Part shown: one piece after another, positions 1 through 8,600 of the stretch | How positions within the stretch are numbered: position 1 is the stretch's first letter | Layout: the number at the start of each line of letters is the position of its first letter | NCBI GenBank assembly: GCA_965243135.1 | Contig: OZ251539.1 | Span: 2,080,001-2,144,000 of the forward strand | DNA length: 64,000 nt | DNA from: Alphaproteobacteria bacterium | Lineage (GTDB): Bacteria; Pseudomonadota; Alphaproteobacteria; MPNO01; UBA830 | Reading direction: 5' to 3' | Made by a program: the position numbers and the translations under genes | Notes under the pieces: model-generated | What the model was told of the DNA's origin: nothing | The model's input: the letters and a program-made list of their open reading frames with translations, nothing else | Databases searched by the model: none

Positions 1-639
1 CCGGAGAAGCGAAAGCGTCTTGAGACGCTGTGGGGAGCGGAAATGTACGACCAGTTCGGTTGCACGGAAGGCTCGTTCATGGCGAGCGAGTCCGAACGCC
101 ATGACGGCCTGCATTTCTGGACGGACATGTTCGACCTCGAGGTCGTCGACGAAGAAACCCGCGAGCCGGTTTCCGAAGGCGGCACCGGCCTTCTTGTCAT
201 GACGCCCTACTGGAACAACGAGATGACCCCGTTCCTTCGCTGGGAAACCGGCGACTACGTGTCCGGCCCCTCGCGGGGCGCGACGGCCGGACCGCTATCG
301 GTGTACCCGGTGATCCGCCACGCCGCCCGCACGGCCGGCTTCTTCAAGGTGCGCGGCGTGAACGTCGGCCACGCCGATTTCGAGGACTTCATGCATCGCA
401 GGCTCGAGGTCGCGGATTTCAGGGTCGAGATCGTCGAGACGGACGGGCTCGACGCGATGCGGCTGGAGGTCGAGCTGCGGGAGGAAGCGACGCCCGAAGC
501 GGCGTCCAGCGCGCTTGTGTCCGACATTCGGCGGACGTTCGAGCTGACGCCCGAGTTGGAGTTGCTCAACCCCGGAACGCTGGAAAGGGAGTTCCGGACC
601 CAGGTCAAGCAGCAGCGCTTTGTCGACCGGCGCGGATGA
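1..639 (+). CDS. Phenylacetate-CoA ligase (PaaK)-like adenylate-forming enzyme, 5'-truncated by window edge
   Basis: Frame is open from base 1 (PEKRKRLETLWGAEMYDQFGCTE); motifs PFLRWETGD and R..FFKVRGVNV typical of the PaaK family. Confidence 0.8.
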   Translation, partial: PEKRKRLETLWGAEMYDQFGCTEGSFMASESERHDGLHFWTDMFDLEVVDEETREPVSEGGTGLLVMTPYWNNEMTPFLRWETGDYVSGPSRGATAGPLSVYPVIRHAARTAGFFKVRGVNVGHADFEDFMHRRLEVADFRVEIVETDGLDAMRLEVELREEATPEAASSALVSDIRRTFELTPELELLNPGTLEREFRTQVKQQRFVDRRG

Positions 640-1840
640 CGTCCCGCCCGCGGACGGGCGAGCCGACGGACCGGGAGTTTTCGTCGTCGGCACGGTTCTG
701 ACGCTTCTGATCGGCATTAACGCGGTCAGCACCGACACCCTCGCCCCGGGCGTGCCCGCGCTTCGCGACTACTTCGGTACGACCACGAGCGCAGCCAATC
801 TGGTCTTCACCGTTTACGTCTTCGCGTTCGGCGTCATGCAATTGCTTTACGGCCCGATCGCCGATCGCCTGGGACGGAGGCCGGTGCTGCTGGGCGCGAT
901 GGCCGTCTACGCCGTTGCGACGCTGCTGTGCAGCGTCGCCGAGGAGTTCGAACTTCTCCTCGCCGCCCGCTGTCTGCAAGGCGCCAGCGCGGGCGCCGCC
1001 CCTGCGCTGGCGCGGGCGGTGATCCGCGATCTCTACGGCCCCGAACGGTCCCGAAGCGTGATGAGTTACGTGATGTCGGCCTTCGGATTCGTGGCCGTCG
1101 CAGGTCCCCTTATCGGCGGATGGCTGGTCGCTTGGTACGGGTGGCGAACGTCCTTCTATTTCTGCGCGGTCTACGCGGTCGTCACGATCGTCGCGATCTA
1201 CGCGTTCCTCAAGGAATCCCGTCCCGCGGACGCGCCGACGGACTTCGCGTCCACTTTCGCCAGCTACGCGCGCATCGCTCCCTCGCCCGCGTTCCTGACG
1301 TATTGCTGCACCAACCTGTTCATGTACGCCGGAATGTACGCCTGGCTTGCGGGAAGCATGCTGGTTCTCGTGGACGCCTACGGATACCGCGAAGACGTTG
1401 CCGGAGCGCTCTTCGCAGTGAGTTCCGGCGGCTTCATGCTGGGAGCGTGGTCGGCGGGCCGACTCGGAGTACGCGTCGGCACCCCAAGGCTGATCCTGTC
1501 GGGCGCCGCGTGCGCCGTGTCGGCGGCCATCGTTCTCGTCGCCCTCGCCCTTGCGGGCGTTCGTTCCGGGACGGCCGTCGCGATCCCGGCCGCCGTCTGG
1601 ATGTTCGGCCACGGATTGCACTATCCGCATTCGATGGCCGCCGCCGTCTCCCCGTTTCCGCAATCGGCGGGGGCCGCCTCTTCATTGATCGGCTTCTTCC
1701 AAACTTCCGCCGGCGCGGTCGCCGCTTTCCTGGCAGGCCTGACCTACGACGGGACAGCCGTGCCGCTGGCCGCTCTGTTGCTGTCCTTCAGCGGCCTGGC
1801 GTTCCTCGCCTACGCGCCGTTCTTCCGTCGCTCCCCCTGA
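620..1840 (+). CDS. MFS efflux transporter, Bcr/CflA family
   Basis: About 12 hydrophobic segments; motif A GPIADRLGRRPVL; ARAVIRDLY. Confidence 0.85.
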   Translation: MSTGADDVPPADGRADGPGVFVVGTVLTLLIGINAVSTDTLAPGVPALRDYFGTTTSAANLVFTVYVFAFGVMQLLYGPIADRLGRRPVLLGAMAVYAVATLLCSVAEEFELLLAARCLQGASAGAAPALARAVIRDLYGPERSRSVMSYVMSAFGFVAVAGPLIGGWLVAWYGWRTSFYFCAVYAVVTIVAIYAFLKESRPADAPTDFASTFASYARIAPSPAFLTYCCTNLFMYAGMYAWLAGSMLVLVDAYGYREDVAGALFAVSSGGFMLGAWSAGRLGVRVGTPRLILSGAACAVSAAIVLVALALAGVRSGTAVAIPAAVWMFGHGLHYPHSMAAAVSPFPQSAGAASSLIGFFQTSAGAVAAFLAGLTYDGTAVPLAALLLSFSGLAFLAYAPFFRRSP

Positions 1841-1859
1841 GAACGGCCGCGCGGCGGCG

Positions 1860-2825
1860 TCACGCGCCGTCCTCGAAACGGTAGTAGTTGGCGAAGCGCA
1901 TCAGGAATTCATCCGTCATCGCGAAAAGGACGGAATCCTCGTCCGCGCTATGTTCGATCCAGTTCCAGATGGGCGCGACGAAGGCATCGCCGCGCGACCA
2001 TTCGATGGTCTCGTCGCCGATGCGCGACGTGCCGGAACCCATCATCGGACTGTAGACGACGTTCGCCGAATGACGGAATTTCCGCGTGGCGCAACCGCCG
2101 TCCAGCCTCTCGACGTAAATCCCGATGGTGGGCATCTCGTCCGCTTCCAGCCGCACGCGGGGCCCGAAGAAGCCTTCAGGGTCGGGTTCCGCGTCCTCGA
2201 TCCGTCCCAGGATCGTTTCCCAGGCGAAGCGGTAAGGCGAGTCGGGCGTGACCCGTTCGACGGGCGCGAAACCCTGCGGATGCTCCTCGAAGAACATCGG
2301 TTCGAGCAGGTGCGTCAACGGAACGTCGAGACCGTCCAGCCAATAGGCCGGCCGGTCGCCGTCGTGTCCGTGCCCGTGCCAGCACCAGCCCGGCGTGAGC
2401 ACGATGTCGCCCGTCTGCATCGGGTGCTTTTCGCCGTTGACGACGGAGTAGGAGTCCTCGCTGTCGATGATGACCCGCAGGGCGTGCGGCGCATGGCGAT
2501 GCGTTCGGGCCCGTTCCCCGGGCAGTATCATCTGATAGGCGTTGATCAGTGTTCTGGCGGTCGAGATGTCGTTGCCTTCCACCGGATTGCGCAGAATCAG
2601 GTTGCGGCGCTCGGCGAGTTCCGTGTTGATCAACCGCCCGGCGGCGTTCAGGGCGGCGAGGCATTCTTCGTAGCGCCAGTGCATCGGCTTGAACCGGGTG
2701 CCGGGTTCCGCGCGAAGAATCGCCCGTCGCCGGTCGATCCAGCCCGGCGTCATGTCCAGCGGTTCGAGGGCGGCGTAGAGTTGATCGAGGTTGCCCGCGT
2801 CCCGCAGCGTTTCGACCTTTTCCAT
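1860..2825 (-). CDS. Gentisate 1,2-dioxygenase-like bicupin ring-cleavage dioxygenase
   Basis: AERRNLILRNP, HRH and WHGH metal ligands, WLDGLDVP; start taken at MEKVETL. Confidence 0.85.
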   Translation of the reverse strand: MEKVETLRDAGNLDQLYAALEPLDMTPGWIDRRRAILRAEPGTRFKPMHWRYEECLAALNAAGRLINTELAERRNLILRNPVEGNDISTARTLINAYQMILPGERARTHRHAPHALRVIIDSEDSYSVVNGEKHPMQTGDIVLTPGWCWHGHGHDGDRPAYWLDGLDVPLTHLLEPMFFEEHPQGFAPVERVTPDSPYRFAWETILGRIEDAEPDPEGFFGPRVRLEADEMPTIGIYVERLDGGCATRKFRHSANVVYSPMMGSGTSRIGDETIEWSRGDAFVAPIWNWIEHSADEDSVLFAMTDEFLMRFANYYRFEDGA

Positions 2826-2946
2826 CTTTTCCTCCCTTTCGCCCGAAAACGCCGACCGTTTCGCGGCGTCGTTCCGCATGGTAGGCTGCGGCGGGCGGCC
2901 CGAATGATACCGGGTCGAGTCGACGGACGGAACAAGGACGAACGAA

Positions 2947-3669
2947 ATGGCCGAAGCGCGAAGCCGGGACGAGTTCCTCGCCGAGATGGAGAGGCGTTTC
3001 GAGGGGAAACGGCACTCGGATCACGCCATGGTCAAGATGATCGCCGACGGTACGGCGTCGCGCGCGCAGATCGGCTATCTGGCCGTGCTCTTCTACCATT
3101 TCACGAAATGGACGCCGCAGGTGATTTCGACCATTCATTCCCGCTGCGACGACCGCGCCGTGCGACGGCGCATCATGGACACGCTGATCGACGAGGACAC
3201 CGAACTCCGCTGCGGCTCCGCGGGACACGACGTGCTGGCCATGGATTTCGCGACTCGCTTCACGCGCCTTTCGCAGGAAGAGGTTGAACGCCACCCGGTG
3301 CCGGCCTGCCTCGAGAACATGACCGCCTACCGCTTCAGGATCGCTCGCGAGATGCCGGTCACGATCGCGCTGGGCAATTCCGGCGTCGCGTCGGAAAGCC
3401 ACGCGCCCGAAATGTGCCGGATGATCTCGGACGGGCTCCGCGAGCACTACGGCGTCGACGACGAACACCAGGAAAGCTGGATCGTGCATATCGAAGGCGA
3501 CGAAGACCATTCCGAGACCGCCTTGAAGACGGTCCTGGAGTTCTGCACCACGCGGGATCTTCAGGATCGGATGCTCTGGTGCATCGACGAATATCTTTCC
3601 CATTGGGCCAACTTCTGGAACGAGTGTCTCGCGGGAAAGTTGCGCGCTGCCGCGACGGCCGCCGAGTGA
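2947..3669 (+). CDS. Heme-oxygenase-like diiron oxidase (PqqC/CADD/TenA-like iron-containing redox enzyme)
   Basis: Helical protein with DED...GH, E..H and HIEGDEDH ligand pattern. Confidence 0.7.
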   Translation: MAEARSRDEFLAEMERRFEGKRHSDHAMVKMIADGTASRAQIGYLAVLFYHFTKWTPQVISTIHSRCDDRAVRRRIMDTLIDEDTELRCGSAGHDVLAMDFATRFTRLSQEEVERHPVPACLENMTAYRFRIAREMPVTIALGNSGVASESHAPEMCRMISDGLREHYGVDDEHQESWIVHIEGDEDHSETALKTVLEFCTTRDLQDRMLWCIDEYLSHWANFWNECLAGKLRAAATAAE

Positions 3670-4010
3670 AGGCCGTTCTTCGCCCGCTTCCGGCGAACGC
3701 GTCGGGAATTCCCCGCCTGACCGTCTGCGTGAACGATCGCGGACCGGACGCGATAACCCCGTCGTGCGGCCGGCGCAGCGGAACGCGCCTTCGCGACGCG
3801 ATCGCGGCCGCGGCGCGCGAAACGGGGATGGAAGTGCAGACGATCAGATGCCTCGGACTGTGCGACAAGGGGCCGAACGTGCGGCTCGCGCCCGGCAACA
3901 ACTGGTTTCACGCCGTCGATCCGTCCGACGCGCCGGCGCTCGTCGAGGCCGCGGTCGAACACATGGCGCCGCTTGCGGGGGCGGCGCGCGGCGCCGAAAC
4001 CAGTTCCTGA
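3666..4010 (+). CDS. Thioredoxin-like [2Fe-2S] ferredoxin
   Basis: GTG start overlaps the upstream TGA (GTGA); CVNDR...SCG...CLGLCDKGPNV cysteine pattern. Confidence 0.75.
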   Translation: MKAVLRPLPANASGIPRLTVCVNDRGPDAITPSCGRRSGTRLRDAIAAAARETGMEVQTIRCLGLCDKGPNVRLAPGNNWFHAVDPSDAPALVEAAVEHMAPLAGAARGAETSS

Positions 4011-4028
4011 GAAAATCGTTTTTCCCGC

Positions 4029-4056
4029 TGGAATTTTCCGGTCGGCGTGCTATATT
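4029..4056 (+). promoter_or_regulatory. Probable sigma70 promoter of tRNA-Asn
   Basis: TGcTATATT extended -10 at 4048-4056, 16 nt upstream of the tRNA; weak -35. Confidence 0.45.
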
Positions 4057-4072
4057 CCTTTCGTCCTGCTGA

Positions 4073-4148
4073 TCCTCGGTAGCTCAGCTGGTAGAGCAAG
4101 CGGCTGTTAACCGCTGGGTCGGGGGTTCGAGTCCCTCCCGGGGAGCCA
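4073..4148 (+). tRNA. tRNA-Asn (GTT)
   Basis: 76 nt cloverleaf: TCCTCGG acceptor, AGCTCAGCTGGTAGAGC D-arm, CTGTTAA anticodon loop, GGTTCGAGTCC T-arm, encoded CCA. Confidence 0.97.
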
Positions 4149-4155
4149 ATATCGA

Positions 4156-4188
4156 AAAGCGGCCGGAACCGGCGGTTCCGGCCGCTTT
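4156..4188. terminator. Bidirectional intrinsic terminator after tRNA-Asn
   Basis: Perfect 15-bp stem AAAGCGGCCGGAACC / GGTTCCGGCCGCTTT. Confidence 0.8.
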
Positions 4189-4429
4189 GACTTGACGACC
4201 GAGCTCCGCACAGCAAGCTGGCACCGGTCACGGATGGGCGCATCGTTCTCTGCCGGGTCGAAATGCCCGCCATAACCCTGTCAGCCCCTATACCGGCTAA
4301 TCGAACCTCGCACGGTTCGCTCGAAATGACTTCGCCGCAATGCGCTGTCACGGTAGGTCTTCTATGCGTCTGTGCTTCGACGGCGCAACGGCAATCTCAA
4401 GGGCGTACGGGCTCGCCCTGTTATCCCTC

Positions 4430-4669
4430 CTACACCGAATTACCATCTGGAGAAGTCTCGGGCCATCTGCCTACCGTCCAAACGGGCAGCGTCCCATCCT
4501 CGGCGCAGATGACCTTCAGCCACTCGTCCACTATCTCGCACAGTCGGTACACCGCCACTTCGTCGGTACCGTGACTGCACGGGCTGATGACCCCGGGGCA
4601 GGAACCGACAAAACATTGATCTTCGTCCGACCACTCGGCCCGTTTGACGTATCTCGCGCTGTCCTTCAC
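4430..4669 (-). CDS. HicB-like (RNase H-like fold) antitoxin-family small protein, orphan
   Basis: VKDSARYVKRAEWSDEDQCFVGSCPG...HGTDE...IVDEWL...DGTLP matches the HicB N-terminal pattern. Confidence 0.65.
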   Translation of the reverse strand: MKDSARYVKRAEWSDEDQCFVGSCPGVISPCSHGTDEVAVYRLCEIVDEWLKVICAEDGTLPVWTVGRWPETSPDGNSV

Positions 4670-4894
4670 GTTCGCGCTTCTTCTATCTTCAGCCGCACCT
4701 CTCGTTCCTGAAAGGGTTTGGCACCGTCCCCCTGATTTCCTGAGATCGTAACGCGCTGCGCCCTCGGGTGCCGACAATTCCTGTGGTGGTCCACTGTCCC
4801 GGCGATCCCCCGGCCATCCTGCCCAGAGATTGCCGACCGCCTGCCGTACGCTTCGGAATTAATCATGGGAGTTGAAAGGTGCGGGCGAGGAATA

Positions 4895-4952
4895 CGCACG
4901 TTCCCCCTTCTGGCGAAAATCTGGGCATCTTCGCCAGAAGGGGGAACGTGCG
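4895..4952. repeat. Perfect 23-bp inverted repeat with 12-nt loop
   Basis: CGCACGTTCCCCCTTCTGGCGAA (4895-4917) / TTCGCCAGAAGGGGGAACGTGCG (4930-4952), just downstream of the Type ISP stop. Confidence 0.9.
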
Positions 4953-4978
4953 GCTTCGGGTTATTCTATGTTAGACGC

Positions 4979-5611
4979 TCAGAAGGGATTGGGCAGCCCT
5001 TTGACTATCTCCACAGTGCGAACGCTCACCGTCGTCACTCTCTTTATCAGGTCCAAGATGTAACGAGGGTCGCCGATTTCGGTCGCCCAGTCGTTCGGAT
5101 CGTTGGTTATGCCGCTCTCCTTATGTGTTCTCATTCGATAGCGCTCGATTAGCCAGTCCAGTGCCGAGCGCGTTCCGAGGACGTATTCGTGAGCCTGGGG
5201 CGGTATGCCCGCTAGTGTCAGTCCCGCGTTGTATACGATCCGCGTCCTGTCTTGTTCATCACGTTTGCCCGGATACTTCATCTTGACAACTCTATAGGCG
5301 TCGGGCGAACGGGGATTCCATGCGCTGCTCCGGATTTCTTCCAGTGGGTATGGCTCGACGCTCTCGTAGCCGACATGCAATTCTGCCAATTTCAAGCCCG
5401 CTTGAGCGAAGGTGCGGAAGTCCTCGATGGAGGCTGTCATGGGAATCCGCGCTTGGGATTTCGCTAAATCATTGGCGAACGTTTCGCGCCATTGCGCCGA
5501 ATGTAAGACGCCATAGACGTAGTAGAAAAGGTCATCTTCGGTGATGCGGCTATCGCCGCATCGCGTGCGAAACTCCTCCAGCGCCCGCGGGTTGATGTTG
5601 CTGACGCGTTC
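4979..5611 (-). pseudogene. C-terminal part (target-recognition region) of the Type ISP R-M enzyme, out of frame with the main ORF
   Basis: Open frame ERVSNINPRAL...ITEDDLFYYVYGVLHS..WRETFANDLAKSQARIP...YVLGTRSALDWLIERY...SGITNDPNDW, the conserved Type ISP C-terminus, begins right after the homopolymer. Confidence 0.85.
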
Positions 5612-8600
5612 CGGGGGGGGGGGGGGGGGGGGGTAAGGGACGACCGCTGGTAGCGCCAGCGGGGGAGGTAAGGACTGGAACCGTTGCCACTGGTCAGTCC
5701 CGAATCCGAGATTGCGTTGGTCATTAGCGCCGAGAACGGAACGGAGGAGCCGGGACCGGTAATGTATATGCCTCGGTTTTCAGCTTCGATGTCAGGGTAG
5801 ATTTCTGGGAAGTCGCGGATGCTGTTGTTCAGCTTGCGATCGAAGTACAACCGCTGCTTGAAAAATGGGCGATAGGCACCGACGCGAAATCCGCTTTCGT
5901 CCACTCGGTAGCACTCGCCTTTGGCGAGGTCGCGGTAGTTTTTGGCGTCCCAATGGAATCGGCGCGGGTTTTTGGTAACGAATGCTTTTGCCTTGGCGGC
6001 TTGCACTGTCGCCAATCCGGACGAGTTGGTTTTTCGGAACTCCACTACCAGATCGTTGTAGTAAGCTATGCTACGGCGAATGTTATCTTGAAGTTGTTGT
6101 TGAGATGAGTTGAACGCCCAAGCGTCTCGGGAAGTCACCAGCCCCAGCGTTCTCTTCACGAAGATGGGCGCAGGTTCGCCCGGTGCTCCCGCAGCGTCGG
6201 ACGAGGAAAGAGGGTGAAACGTCTGGAAATCGTCACTTCGTTGCTCAATCCAGTCGCCATGCTTGTTTGGAACGACATCCGTCCAGTCGGTTTCGGCTAG
6301 ACTGCTCGCGCCCAGAATCTCAAGCTTCTGCTCTCGCGAGAGACAATCGCCGATATTTCGGTACCAGATACCGCGGCCTGCTGACTGCTTGACCAATATC
6401 AGGATGGCCACGCCTGCTTTGGTGGCACCTCCGAACACTCCGCCGCCTTCGCGCTGTCGCTTGTCGCCAGAAGTGTTCGCGTTTCCACGAAGGTTGTAGC
6501 AGTAGACGGCATCGAATTCCTCGGCCACCGCCTTGCGAAAGCCGTCGAAGGCGTTACTTCTAATGAACCCTCCGTTAGTGACGAAAGCGACTACTCCGCC
6601 CTTATCGTTCAGAATACGATCAGAGGCCAAGCGAATCGCCTTCACATAAGGATCATACAGCGCTGCCAGATGGTTCACATCGGACCTAGCCGCGTAACTC
6701 TCTTTCACCCTGCCGTCAATGCCCGGATATTCTCGATTGTTCGTTGCCGACCAAGGCGGATTGCCAATAACCACACGAATATCCAGTTTCCTCTGCCGTT
6801 CCATTCGCTCGTTGTTCGAAGGGATTAAGACGTCGTCCATCGGTGCCTTCGGCTCGTATGCTTGGAACGTGTCCGTCAAAACTCCGCCGCCGAATGGCGC
6901 ATACTCGTTGGCTCTCATGGCTTCATGGTAAGCGGATTCGATGTTGACCATGGCGATGTAGTATGCTAGCAACATTATTTCGTTGGCATGAAGCTCGCTT
7001 TCGTATTTGCGCTGCAGGTCTTCGCGCTCGATGAATCCGCTCTGGATCAGTCGCGTTATGAACGTCCCTGTTCCTACGAACGGATCTATAACGTGGACAT
7101 CCGCGTCTCCGAGCGACGCGCCGAACTTTGCATTCAACACGTTCTCTACGCTACGAATAATGTAGTCCACTACCTGAACCGGCGTGTAGGCGATACCTAG
7201 ATTTTTTGCGGTCTCCGGCAGCGCCTTCGTCAGGAATCGTTCATACAGCTCGGCGATTATCCTCTGTTTGCCCGCCGCTGTCGTCACGCCCTCCGCTCGG
7301 ATTCGCACGTCTCGATAGAACCGCTCCAGCCCCTCGGTTTCCCTCTCGAGCCCGTGGTCTTGGAGCGCATCTATCACGCCCTGCATGGCACGGGAGACGG
7401 GGTTACGTTTGACGAAGGCGTAATCCTCGAACAGTGCGTCGAACACAGGCTTTGACACCAGATGCTGGGAGAGCGTCCCAATAGCTTCGTCTTTGGTCAC
7501 GCCATCGTTCAGGTTGCTCCTCAGACCATTCAGAAATCGGTCAAACGCAGGGCGGACGCCGGAGTCGGGTATCGCCAGCAGCGCACGGATTCGCGCCTCG
7601 TGGCGCTCTGCTATCTCTCGAACCTTGTCCGCCCACTGCTCCCAGTAGTGCGGATTGGAGTATTTGTCCACAACCCTCGATAGAATAGCGTCTCGGAACT
7701 CTGGCGAGCCGCTGATTGCGAGCGGCAACTCCATCTGTTCGACGTCGATGACGACGTTTTCTCCAACGCCGATGTCCCCGCCTGCTGGGCTGCCTGTCGA
7801 CGGCTCCTCAGTCTTAGCGACCAGTTTCAGCTGGTTTATCTTCGCCTCGAACCTGTCGTCGTGCGCGGCGATGGCGTTGATGACCTGCCACACCGCCTTG
7901 TACGCCCCGTCGTTCACGGCATCCTGCGGCGACGAATCGGGTGCCCGTGCTATGGGCAGTATGATGTACCCGGCCCGCTTGCCCGCCGACTTCCGCATCA
8001 CTCTGCCCACCGCTTGCACTACGTCTATCTCCGAACTGCGCGGTTGCAGAAACATGATGGCGTCCAGCGCCGGGACGTCTATACCCTCCGTCAAACATCG
8101 GGCGTTGGTCAGGATGCGGGCACACCCCTCGTCCGGATCCTCCCGAAGCCACGCAAGGCTGGCCGAGCGTGTCATCGCGTTCTGCGTTCCGTCCACATGC
8201 CGAACTTCACAGCGGAGTTGGCCTTCGCTATCCCCCTCTTCCGCGTCCGCCGCCATGCAACTTTCGATCACCCGCGGGAAGTACTCCGCGAACGCTTCGG
8301 ACTGCGCTATCGAGTTGCTGAAGGCCACTGCTCGCTTGGCGGGCGAAAGGTCGCGTCCGAAGTCCAGCCCCGTCGCACCGCGCTTGCGGAGCGCGTTCCA
8401 GCACCCGACCATCCGAGCCCCGTTCTCCATGTTCAACTCGGAGCGGGATTCCGACAGCAACCCATGCAGATCCATCCCCACCTTCTGCAGGTCGACATCG
8501 AATATCAAGACCTTGTAGTCCGACAGGATGCTCATTTCGATGGCTTTGCCGAATCCGAGACGGTGAAACTCCGGCCCAAACATACCCTCGTCGTCCATCG

